A DNA stretch of 62,903 nt, counting the filler, from Parasitella parasitica NRRL 2501 (lineage: Eukaryota; Fungi; Mucoromycota), in the NCBI GenBank assembly GCA_025201805.1. It is 9 parts of 9 records of this genome, joined end to end, with 100 filler letters (N's around TTAATTAATTAA, not from the genome) between each part and the next. Parts side by side here need not be neighbours in the genome. Positions count along the whole stretch, not along the records: positions 48,020 to 54,019 come from MU619497.1; positions 54,120 to 57,121 come from MU619465.1; positions 57,222 to 59,645 come from MU619560.1; positions 59,746 to 61,019 come from MU619652.1; positions 61,120 to 62,903 come from MU619605.1; 4 more parts are not named here. One strand, given 5' to 3'. The position numbers and the translations under genes are program-made. Shown piece by piece: positions 50,961 through 62,225 of this stretch (positions are counted from its first letter, which is position 1; the number at the start of each line of letters is the position of its first letter). The notes beneath the pieces are model-generated. The model saw only the letters and a list, made by a program, of their open reading frames with translations. It made no database searches and had not been told where the DNA came from.

Positions 50961-52528
50961 TCCTTATATGGAAACTATTTTGGACGATTTCTCAATTTTA
51001 ATTGGAGGAAATAAATATTTTATTTTTAAAAATATTTTTTTTAGTTATGATACTGTAAAACTATGATTTTAAAAAATAGACAGGCCAATCATATCGTTTA
51101 AAAGATATAAAAAAAATTGAATGCCGGACCACCGGCGCAGCCGGCAATGGGGAGGGGGTTTGGGGGAGGGGTTAAACCCCTCCCCCAAGGATTTAAGTCA
51201 TGAAGCTTTTGACATTTACTTTCTTCTATCAATATGCCTCCTGTTCAGACTAAACATTGCACAAGCTGCAAAATTGCTCTTTCTGAAACCTCTTTCTTCC
51301 GAAAATGTGATTCATGTCGTGTAAATAAAAATTGTTTGCCGAGTAAAACTGTAAATTGAGCAAACTTTTTTTTTCAGGAACGTGCCCGAAACTACGCCAG
51401 ACATAGAGCTGCGTCAAGGCCGACAGCACCGGCAGCACCCAGAGCACCCGTAGCTTTTGTTTCTGAATTGGCAAGAATGCGAATCTCTGATCTGGGGACG
51501 ATGAATGTTGAATGTAATGGTTGTGGTGCCTTGCATTGGGAAGCAGAAAGAGCTACCAATCAAACGAGAAACAACAATCGCTTCTATGCTTGCTGTAAAA
51601 AAGGAAAGGCTTTATTGCCCTTATTACAAGAACCGCCTGAGCCTTTGAATGGATTGATCAACGGAAGTTGTCCACGCTCAGCGCATTTCTTGCAGCATAT
51701 GAGACGGTACACAACACTTTGTTTGCGTTTACCTCATTTGGTACTGACGCCACCCCTGAGCAACTTCAAAGAGAGAGACAAAAAGAAATCAGAGGTGGAA
51801 TCATTCCAGTTCATGTTCATGGAGAACTGTATCATTTGCAAGCTCCTTTGAATTTGAACAACAGCCCAAAATACAACCAGCTGTATATTTATGATCCGGA
51901 TTATTCTGCTGCAATTCGATCTGCAGATCAACGGAATGAAAAGTTGTTAGACGAGGCAATCATTGAGCAGTTGAGCGAGATGATTACTAATCCAGAAATT
52001 TGTGGCAACCCTTTTGTCCAAATATACAAGCACCCTCACGAAATTTTGAGAGAGGAAGAGGAGCGACAAGCCCTAAATGGTATCAACGAGATGCTCACAT
52101 CAGGCTCAACCCTCAGATGCGAATGGAGCTAATTGTTGGTGAAGACAGACGCACCCAAAATCTGCCAACTGTCAACGAGATTGCGGCTATTATACCCAAC
52201 GAATATGCTGACAGGAGTTTCAGAGATATTTGGATTACATATCGAAATAGCTCCTCCACCAGTGCTCAGGGTCTTTTCAAAAGAATTAATAAAACGCATG
52301 CTGCCCACATGCCCCTTCATTATGTCTTGCTTTTCCCTAGAGGCGAATATCCAGTAGAGGGACGTGGGGTGGGGGTTCATTGGGGATACCTCCCTCTGAC
52401 TATTATGTAAACTTCTCCATAATTATCAATGCCTGATTGCTTGATTTAACTAAATTTTTATTGTTGTGTAAATTATACCTTCCCGCAGGGCGACGCCGTC
52501 ATCGAGCGTAGCGAGATCAAACGGCTAG
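50961..52528 (+). mobile_element. Internally deleted Helitron with both termini
   Basis: A|TC at the 5' end. 3' hairpin (ccgtc-atcgagcgtagcgagatc-aaacgg) then CTAG|T. Frameshifted RepHel N-terminus: CNGCGALHW...CCKKGK...FAFTSFG...YNQLYIYDP...NPFV...NLPTVNEIAAI...PLHYVLLFPRGE. Confidence 0.88.
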
Positions 52529-53838
52529 TAGTACAAATACTCCATTTATCGATAAATCAATATCATATTATTCCAGAAAACTTCGATTACATAATCTCAA
52601 ATATTACACACCCTTAATTACTTTTGAACAAATATTATATCAAAATGTCCATCGAAAACAACCATTTAAATGATGATTCATAAGAATTAGGTCGCTTGAT
52701 TTCTAAAATTTTCGTCTCAAATTAGCACTTCCAAAGAAGCAGACAAAAATTTTTCGGGTAGTGAAAAAAAAAAGGGGCGCTTTAAATGGCTTTTTGTTTA
52801 GCATCTCCGTTGGAGATGCTCTCAGCCATCCAAATAGCCATAAAAAGGGCAAAAATCAATTCAAATACCATATTTCAAAAAATTTAGATGATGCAAAGGA
52901 CGAAAAAATCGTTTCTCCCTCTTGCTTTTCTATACATAAACATTTGCGACCTTTTCACTAGATGTTCATCAATAACCAAGTAGATACATTACGTCTACTA
53001 GATGCGAATATCTTTATTTTTGGCAGCGCTAGCACTACCATTTAATGGTCTACGTCTGAATTGCTCACTTTGTCACTATAACCAAATTATAACCATCTAC
53101 CTGCTTGCTGATCATTTTGACTGTTCTCTCCATCTTGCTTGTAATAAGCATCATTACTTTCAAATCTACTATCCAAAATGCCAACATGGCGTGTTCAAAC
53201 CCCTGAATTCAGGCCGAAATTAAGCTGAAATGAACCAAGCAAGGCCTTGATCGATTTGACCTAATTTTATTGGCATTTTGGAACCAATCGAGTGCTGAAT
53301 CTTTTAGAAATTGTGCTGCAGTATCAGCGGTTTAATATTGTTGTTCTCAGAGAATTCATCTCCTCCTGGAAATGTGTCGAGTGGCCTCTTGATTTGCATT
53401 TACAAATACCCTTTGATACAAGCAACAGTCCATCGAAAGCATAGCACAATTCAAACAAATTATTTTGCCCATGATGTCAGATTTTGTCTGCTGGAGAAAA
53501 GCACCTATCGATAAACTAAATTACAAAGTAACACCCTTCAAAGAATATTTCTCTTTCCAAGTGGTGCTTTTCTTACAGTTAAATTGTCTTTGATATCTAG
53601 TTTAAGCATTCTGGGAGTTATATCGTGTAGATTTGGTTTGTTTACAAACTTTGCAAAAAGCTTTCTTTGAGTATCTGTTTTTTTTTGCTTAAATTGATAG
53701 AATTTCTTCAAAGCAAGGTAAATCAGATTCTTAGGTATGGTAATTTAGATTCTTAATTATGGTACATGAGATTCTCAAAAGGGAACGGTAATTGAGTTTC
53801 ATGAAGAAGCATGGTATTTAAGTTTCTTGAAGCATGAT

Positions 53839-54019
53839 TGTTGTATCCATATAAAGGCTACATATGTCATATCTAACTTAGTCATAATGCACGGATCATG
53901 ATATTAATTGTTGGTAATTCTTTTACAAATAAGGAATAAGCTACAAGTTGTAATTGGACCTCTTGCAAGGTTCCAGGCTTATTCAAAGAATACATCTAGA
54001 TCAGATCGCGGGATGTCGG
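53839..54019 (+). mobile_element. LTR, same family as 25188-25605, cut by a gap
   Basis: Starts TGTTG and is near-identical to 25188-25370. Confidence 0.85.
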
Positions 54020-54119
54020 NNNNNNNNNNNNNNNNNNNNNNNNNNNNNNNNNNNNNNNNNNNNTTAATTAATTAANNNNNNNNNNNNNNNNNNNNNNNNN
54101 NNNNNNNNNNNNNNNNNNN

Positions 54120-54514
54120 GAAGTCAAAAATTACATCCAGACAACAAGGCATAAAATACACTTCTTGCCTCCATATTCACCTTTTTTGAACCCAATCGAA
54201 GAAAGCTTCTCAAAGCTCAAAACTTTGACAAAAAGAAAGCCAGGCTTAGGCAACAATGAGTTTTTTTTGCAGTATATTGGAGATTGCAGTAGAGAGATTA
54301 TCAGAAAAGATTGCGAGAGTTGGGTAAGGCACAGCATCAGCTTTTTTTCTGATTGTCTTGCCTCCAAAGAAATCTATTAAAGAATAATAAAGATAAATTT
54401 TATTTGTACTATCAACCCATTATCCACTAAGTTAAATCAGTAAAATCACTAAATTGAAATTGTAAAACAACTAAAAAAATTTAAATGTCACTATTTTGAA
54501 ATCAAAATCCGGTA
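54120..54514 (+). mobile_element. IS630/Tc1 transposase 3' end and terminal repeat
   Basis: FLPPYSPFLNPIEESFSKLK. Ends ...tcaaaatccggTA, matching the TAccggattttga end at 58050. Confidence 0.85.
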
Positions 54515-54579
54515 CTTCAATTGAAGATTGAAGATTGAAGATTGTCCAATGATGTGATGTGATACGCTTGTGTAAATTG

Positions 54580-56535
54580 GAGAAGAATAACGTCTCTGTT
54601 TCAAATCAAGAAGGTTATTCCTGTAAGTAACACAGATCTGAGCACCAGGATAAAGGTTAAGGCACTGTCAGATCAAAGACGTGTAGCCCTTTTGTTGTAT
54701 AACCTCATCTCGTACCCTGTCAAGTATAGATTGTCACTGTGAATTAATCTTGTCAATTAGTAATCTAAATAAGTCACCATAAATTTAAGTAGTTGTAAAA
54801 AGTATAAATAGCAGATGCAATTTCGATCTTAAATAAAGTATCTTTAAGTTTTCGTATCTCGTTAACATTTGGTTTTTTTATTATCTTTTTTAACCCAACA
54901 ATAGACTAAGATATATGCACAGTTAATCTCTATTTTCCATAGCTTAAGTATCACAATTCATCTACCTGGCCAGTAAATAAAACAGAGCTTAATACACCAC
55001 CTGTCGATTCGATAATCTGGTTGACTGTGAAATACATTCACTATGATGATCTGCATTCCACTTCTCGATTCATCCAGTTACCTTAAATTGATATAAAATA
55101 CATATGCGCACAGATAATAAGATGTGCAATACAAATTTATACTATATAAGATATAAGCTAGAGACGGCACCATTAGGATGAATGACGCTATAGACTGATA
55201 CTTATATCTCGACACGAGCCTTAGACATTTACTAGATCTAGTATATGCTACGAGCTTATGCTATATAAGGTCTATGCTTCAGATGCGTATTCCCAGTTTC
55301 TAGATACGCACTACAAGACATATACTTATATCCATGATACTAGCTACAGATACATCATGTACTACAGACTTGTACAATATGTGTAATGCTATAGATATGC
55401 TTCTGACATGCTATAGACATGCTACGTACTGTATACTACTACTGATATATACTAAAATGAATACCAAGTGATATACACTCAGACATGTACTATTAATATA
55501 GACTGGATAAGACTATACAAGAAATGATATGCGCTTATGGATCGATATTAATAATCTTCGCATAGAAGATTAATTAGGGTACTACCTCTGGTAAAGTCTA
55601 TCTCCTCACTCAAATAGATTTAAGTTATCTTGAATCTGCTGATATGTTGGTTAGCACAAAGTTAAGATGCTATTTACGTAGTATTGTCGTACATTTTAAA
55701 TTGCGAGAGTAGAACATTTACCCACAGTTTAAGTATATAAAGGTTCATCTACCTGGCCAGTAGATGAACTGGAGCTTTATACACCTGTCGATTTGATAAT
55801 AAAACTTATACCTTTATCAAGTTGACTTTATTGTTTTTTTATTATAATTTTTTTCCGTGAATCCATATAACAATTTATACCGATTCCACATTGACATTTA
55901 TTGACATTTTTTGTAGTGCATCTTCTGTAACATCCTATAACGGCTCCACAATCAACACTGAAATATCAGTATTTAATGGTTCAATATACTACTACTCAAA
56001 TGCGTTTTATTGATTTGGAATCTGGTTTCATCATCGATGATGATCAAAAATGATAAATAACACATTTTAGTTTTAGTATCAGAAGCATCGCAATACTACA
56101 ACCAAACGAGAAAAAAATCACGTGATCTTATTTCAAACTCCGCTCCAGAAAACAGAAAAACGTTTGATAGAGACATTGCCCAGTGGAAAGCAAGGTATGC
56201 TTGTTGAGATCTGCAAGATCGAAATAAGAAAAGTATAATAAAACGTTGAATTAACGAGATACGAAAACTTGAGATTACTTTATTAAAGATTCAACTTTGC
56301 GTCTGCTATTTATACTTTTTACAACAACATAAATTTTTGGTGACTTATTTAAAATACTAGTCGATACTAATCGATAAGAATAATTTGCAAGCAACATCAT
56401 ATCCTTAACAGGATACGATATATTATTATACTACAAGGTTATTGATCTTTGATCTGACAGTACCTTATTGTTTGTCAATCATACAGATCTGTGTTACAGA
56501 TAACCTTCCTGATTTGAAACAAAGACTTTATTCTT
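54580..56535. mobile_element. About 1.95-kb element bounded by ~290-bp imperfect inverted repeats; degenerate interior
   Basis: 54580-54870 is the approximate reverse complement of 56245-56535. Interior 55485-55890 is copied in inverted orientation at 59238-59645. Confidence 0.75.
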
Positions 56536-56569
56536 CTGTTTCGACCAGTATAACAAATGTTTCGACCAG

Positions 56570-57121
56570 TACACCTTTTGTAAAAATAAATGGCACACAC
56601 TCCGAAAATAATGGCACACTTTTTTTTTTCGATTTGGCACACTTTTTTTTTTCGATTTGGCACACATTAATTTTTTTGATTGGCTCAGAAATTTTTATTA
56701 GTTTGGCACATAATTCTTTTATTGATAGCACAAAATTTTTGGCACAAAGTGTGCCATATTCAAAGTGAAAGTTTATCAAAGCATACTTGCCATTTTAATT
56801 CAGAATATCGGCAAAAGCCCTGTAAATCACTGAAAAGAACACTGTTGCAAGCGTCGGTTATTCTTGAAGTAAGCGTTTCCTTATCCAAGAGTTTTTCTTT
56901 TTTCAGTTTACTTTTAACCACTGACCAAAACTGCTCGATTGGATTCAATTCAGGTGAATAGGGTGGGAGATAAACGCACCTGTAGCCGCGATTGATTATG
57001 TATCTTTGAATATCAAGATTTTTGTGGATGGGAACATTGTCCATGACAATGTAGAAGCCTTTAAATTGATCGTGTTTGTCTAACACATCAAGGGTACTGG
57101 CGATGAAATTAAAATAATGAC
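56570..57121 (-). mobile_element. IS630/Tc1 transposase 3' end with TGGCACA subterminal repeats
   Basis: VMDNVPIH...YLPPYSPELNPIEQFWSVVK. Terminus TACACCTTTTG followed by about six tggcaca motifs. Confidence 0.9.
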
Positions 57122-57409
57122 NNNNNNNNNNNNNNNNNNNNNNNNNNNNNNNNNNNNNNNNNNNNTTAATTAATTAANNNNNNNNNNNNNNNNNNNNNNN
57201 NNNNNNNNNNNNNNNNNNNNNACAAAAATATATGCCTATTTTCAAATAAAATTGATTTTTTTATATCTATAATAACAAAAAGAAACGAAATCCAACGTGA
57301 TATGTAATTGCTGCTGAAAGTTTTTTGGATAATTTTGAATAAATGTTTATTACCGTGATTTCATAGCAAAACGTACCAGTGCTATAATGAATTTTGTGAT
57401 TAGGGCTAT

Positions 57410-57900
57410 TTGTTTTTACCCAGTGATTGTTCTATAACTAGAATCACTGTTTTTTCTCCAGTGATTAATTTATCAATGCTGCTAATTGCTAATCACAAGC
57501 GATTATCGTATATATCACTGGTCATCAATTTAGTCTTTGTGATAAAAGCATCACTAGTGATAAAATGGTTTATCACCAGTCATCCAGTAAAACACCTAAT
57601 CACTAGTCATTAGAACTGATGATAAATGTGAAAAAAAATAGCACTGAAGTTAGCCATGGTGTTCACCAAACCGACTTGTCTTTTTATGTCGTATGGGATA
57701 GAGATGACGGCGTACTTGGATGGAACGGTGGGGCTTCCTTTGTCGACAACAGGAATGGCTTTATCGTGCTCAGCTGTTGTATGTCTTTTCATCACGCGAA
57801 CAAATGCCAAAAAGTACATACTACCTCTGAAAGTGTGCTTGAAAAAAAAACAAGACTTCTCCAACAAACCACTTTCTACGAGACGCAAACTGAGCTGTAA
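57410..57900 (-). pseudogene. C-terminal fragment of a CACTA-type transposase plus subterminal ATCACTAGT-like repeats
   Basis: FFFKHTFRGSMYFLAFVRVM...YAVISI..DIKRQVGLV resembles Mucorales Tnp2 C-tails. Repeated atcac(t/c)(a/g)gt at 57440-57610. Confidence 0.55.
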
Positions 57901-58049
57901 GATATGGGCTGTCAAACATGACAAAGTAGCCAGCACGACGGAACTCTCCCTTGGTTTTTGCATAGTAAATTGATGCTACAGTAGTCGCTCAATTTATAAG
58001 GCAACTTTTTTTGCAAGCTTTTTTTAGCCTTATATCGAACATAGCCTTA

Positions 58050-59237
58050 TACCGGATTTTGAATACAAATGAGCAAAAAAAAACTGCAATTAGCTAAGCC
58101 TGTATCTGAATTTGCCAAAAATGTTTATTGAATTTGGCAAAAACATTAGATCAAAACGGCAAAAAATATAAATTGTCTAAGGCATTACATATATATACTA
58201 ACGGTATGATTTGACACGTATCTTTATTGGCAAACTAATAAACCTCTTTTTTTTCTTCGCAATCTGCAAAGAACTGAATACTGTGATCAATCCATCCTTT
58301 GCAATTTTGCTCAGAAATCTCATGAGTACTCTGTTTGATGTGCTCAATCAATTCATTTGAGCCTCTCAAACCTGGTTTTCTTTTGACCAAAGTTTTCAGC
58401 TTCGAGAAACACTCCTCAATAGGGTTGAGGAAAGCCGAATACGGAGGCAACAGGCACATGCATATGTGATGATTTGAGTTCTTAAAAAGCTCTTTTACCG
58501 CAGGCGATTTGTGAATGGAAGCATTATCCATCACAAAAAAGTGGGAACCAGCATCGGTATCCTCCAGCTTCTTCATAATCCCACTCACAAAATCCTTAAA
58601 GATCTCCCCTGTCGTGCCTCCTTTGACTACTTTAACTGAGACATCTTCAACGCCATGGTAGGAGATGCCTGCAAGAATTGACATACAGGTTTACAGCTCG
58701 CTTCGTGGCATTTACAACTACGCTTGAAGAGCCTTTTTTGGAGTAGCCTTGTCCACGTACAAGGTTTGCATTGAATCCAGCCTCGTCCACAAAGATACAA
58801 TTGGTCTTGTAGGCGATACCTCTTTCAGGTAATCTTTGGACGACATAATCGTATCTTTGCTGGATTGTTGCCTCGGTGTTTCTTCGCTCCTCCACTGGCT
58901 TTGTACGCTTCAGCGTAAATCCAAGGCCATTGACAAGGTAATGCCACGCGCCACTTGTAGATATGCCTTTGCAAGCAAGATCTGGGAACTTCTGTTCCAA
59001 TGCTTCTTTGAGCATATCAAGAGTCTGTGTGCAGTCCTCGTCCAAGAGCTTTTTGATATACTCTCCATGTTCATGCTCAAACTTTGTCGTCTCCTTTTTT
59101 CTTCCTCCTCTTGGCTTCTTCTCAACACGGCCCTCCGTGTACCAAACGTCTAGGATATTTCTGACAGATGAGGTGGACAATTGGTATCGTCGCGCAGCCT
59201 CTGAAGCAGTAATTGTTCCTTTTTCTGCAACTTGCTC
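58050..59237 (-). mobile_element. IS630/Tc1 (DDE_3) transposon, frameshifted near 58685, 5' end replaced by another repeat
   Basis: HTH/KPRGGR, FTLKR, FVDEAGFN, VMDNASIH, LPPYSAFLNPIEECFSKLK. Terminus TAccggattttga. Confidence 0.92.
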
Positions 59238-59645
59238 TGTGAAATCGGTATAAATTGTTATATGGATTCACGGAAAAAAATTGTAATAAAAAAAACAATA
59301 AAGTCAACTTGATAAGGTATAGGTTTTATTATCAAATCGACAGGTGTATAAAGCTCCAGTTCATCTACTGGCCAGGTAGATGAACCTTTATATACTTAAA
59401 CTGTGGATAAATGTTCTATTCTCGCAATTTAACATGTACGACAATACTGCGTAACTAGCATCATAACTTTGTGCTAACCGACATATCAGCAGACTCAAGA
59501 TAACTTAAATATATTTGAGTCAGGAGATAGACTTTACCCGAGGTAGTACCCTGATCAATCTTCTATGCGAAGATTATTAATATCGATCCATAAGCGTGTA
59601 TATCATTCCATGTATAGTCTTATCCAGTCTATATTAATAGTACAT
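59238..59645 (-). repeat. Inverted copy of 55485-55890
   Basis: High-identity reverse complement, including the gttcatctac-tggccag-gtagatgaac palindrome. Confidence 0.9.
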
Positions 59646-60427
59646 NNNNNNNNNNNNNNNNNNNNNNNNNNNNNNNNNNNNNNNNNNNNTTAATTAATTA
59701 ANNNNNNNNNNNNNNNNNNNNNNNNNNNNNNNNNNNNNNNNNNNNGATAGACTATAGCCTTTGGATACTTTTCCTCAGCATTTTCCAGTTGTCGAAATCA
59801 GAACCAGCATTACCCAAAATTGACTATTGCCACTTGAACTAGAAATGACTACGCGAGAAAGATCATTTGACTTTACCAGTCAATAGACTTGTGAGGTAAA
59901 ATGGGTCTGATGATGGACACCGGATAGGGCCTCGAGCCCATCCTTGGTAAAGTATTTAGGACAAACTATGATACCAGAATCATTGTTGAAAATATGGAGA
60001 GGCAAATCAAGGGGTAAAAATGCATAAGCAAAAGCTTTGATAGAGGAGAGGTCAGAAAATTTGAGTAACAGTTTTCTCAAGTTCCTCAATAGCTTGAGTA
60101 TGATTTTTCAAGTGTCTTGCAAGGGATGGTGATTCTAGCTCCTACGAAATAAAGTACACAAGCTGTTTCCTAGTCAACACCAGTATTTGATCCAGTAACA
60201 ATGCACAATTTAGCCTTTCAAATCAGTTTTGTGAAATCGAGCAGTTGTTTCGCCAGTGATATTAGTTTTAGTAAGAGTAATAATAATAGCATCTCCAGTA
60301 TGTGTTCGTTTACCAATCAGCAAGTAGGATTGGATTGGCATAACTCAACAATCAATGAAAAAATATTCCATATTCTATAAACTTCATTGTCTCATGCACT
60401 ACATTTTTATTGTCATTTATCTATTTT

Positions 60428-60490
60428 TACTAATCGATATAAGAGTAATTTGCAAGCAACATCATATCCTTAACAGGATACGATGTATAA
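60428..60490 (+). repeat. Fragment of the long-inverted-repeat family arm
   Basis: tactaatcgat...taatttgcaagcaacatcatatccttaacaggatacgat matches 56365-56420. Confidence 0.75.
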
Positions 60491-60707
60491 TCAACACCTG
60501 TATTTAAACGTAGAAGGATACCTTGGTCATTTATGCTTAAAACTACTATGATTCATCACTTTAATAAGGATCTGAAATATAAATGCCCTATGAAGGTATT
60601 CCCCAAGTTGAAATGATTCAAGACACATATTCAACCACCCTAATGAACTGATGGTTCTTAAATGTTTGCAAAACACTGGACAATGAATCTACTATGCATA
60701 TCGTGCT

Positions 60708-60711
<4 letters not shown>

Positions 60712-60741
<30 letters not shown>
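60712..60741. repeat. (TA)n microsatellite
   Basis: Read directly from the sequence. Confidence 0.95.
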
Positions 60742-60744
<3 letters not shown>

Positions 60745-60915
60745 TTATTCACATTACAACAAACGAAGGTTTTGTAATCTCTTTGTATTCATACCAAGCG
60801 AAAGGCTTAGATGCATTATAACTATTTCATTATCCTGAGTTAGTCATCATTATTCCTTATTTATTCACTGATTGTATATAAAAGCATCAAAATCGAATTT
60901 ACAAAGGAAAATACC

Positions 60916-61019
60916 AAATCAAACCAAATCAAATCAAATCAAATCAAATCAAATCAAATCAAATCAAATCAAATCAAATCAAATCAAATCAAATCAAATC
61001 AAATCAAATCAAATCAAAT
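60916..61019. repeat. (AAATC)n pentanucleotide microsatellite running into a gap
   Basis: Read directly from the sequence; about 20 units. Confidence 0.97.
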
Positions 61020-62225
61020 NNNNNNNNNNNNNNNNNNNNNNNNNNNNNNNNNNNNNNNNNNNNTTAATTAATTAANNNNNNNNNNNNNNNNNNNNNNNNN
61101 NNNNNNNNNNNNNNNNNNNTTATTGCAAAATACATACGTATGGCTTTTATTTCATTAAGATATAAAAAAAATGTAAAGAAAAAGAAAACGAAATCGAAAA
61201 AAAGTTGAGCTATTTATATTTAAAATTAGACAGAAAATCTGTCTAATTGGCTGTTTGGCCACCTCTGCCTCTACCTCTGCTCCTTCTTGTACTACTGGCA
61301 AGGGAGGAGCCTCTCCTTTTTGCACCAGCCGCAGGAGAAGACGGGGCAGTACCATGAACATCTATACCTACCTGTAGCTCCTCTTGCTGCGCAGGAACAA
61401 TCTCATTTCCAGCGACAACTGAAAATGCAATTGCGTCCATCGAAATGTTTGAAGCATTGAAATTCAATTGTATCTACATTAAAAGACGAAGCGTCAGTAA
61501 TTTTTATCCGTCAAGTCAAATAAGTATGTACTAACCTGTTGTGTGTCATCATTCTTTTTGCGGTTGCCATTGTTCTTGATAACAACTCCCAACAAATGAT
61601 TTGTGATGGCAGATCCAACTACAAGATGCAAAGGAAAGCAACCATTTTCGCCCATCACCCTGACAACGACATGTTCCAACACCAACGCCAGTTCGTATTT
61701 TTCTCTTTTGCCAAGGTCATTGAACCGAAAGCTGTGGTGTTCGCGGTGTTATGCGCAGAGGATATATAAATATGATCTGCTCAAAAAAATGTATAACTTT
61801 ATAGAAATAAAATCAGACACAAAAACTAATGACTTTATTGATAAGAAAATGCCATCTTTTTATACTAGATTATATCTATTGTAACACTATTTGTCATCAT
61901 GGTTAAACATTGAACTTGGTATGTAATACCAAGTTTATTACATGTTCTACTGTACATTAATAGCTTATTCCTTGTCATTGTATACAAAGAATTACCAATC
62001 TAATAATTGCTTAATCTCATGCCTTTCTGGCACAACATTTTAATTGGAAGAAAATTGATTAGAAATTGGCAAAGTTACAACCTCAACGAAACACTACCAA
62101 TTGTAATTTTGATTGAGAGAAATCAAAAAAAATTTTCGAAGGGGAGCATAGATATCGAAGGATAACAAGACAATAGAGAAAATACATCCAGAAAAGGGCT
62201 TTTATTTTTCATTAATTCATCCATC

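Noticed and set aside
54120-59300. Fanzor/TnpB associated with IS630 or Helitron elements
   Set aside because: No RuvC DPG/DE/D motifs or TnpB zinc finger were found in any visible frame.
59746-60400. Degenerate minus-strand coding-like sequence
   Set aside because: Too many stops and no motif I can assign.
60916-61019. Telomere repeat
   Set aside because: (AAATC)n is internal and unlike known fungal telomere units; treated as a microsatellite.
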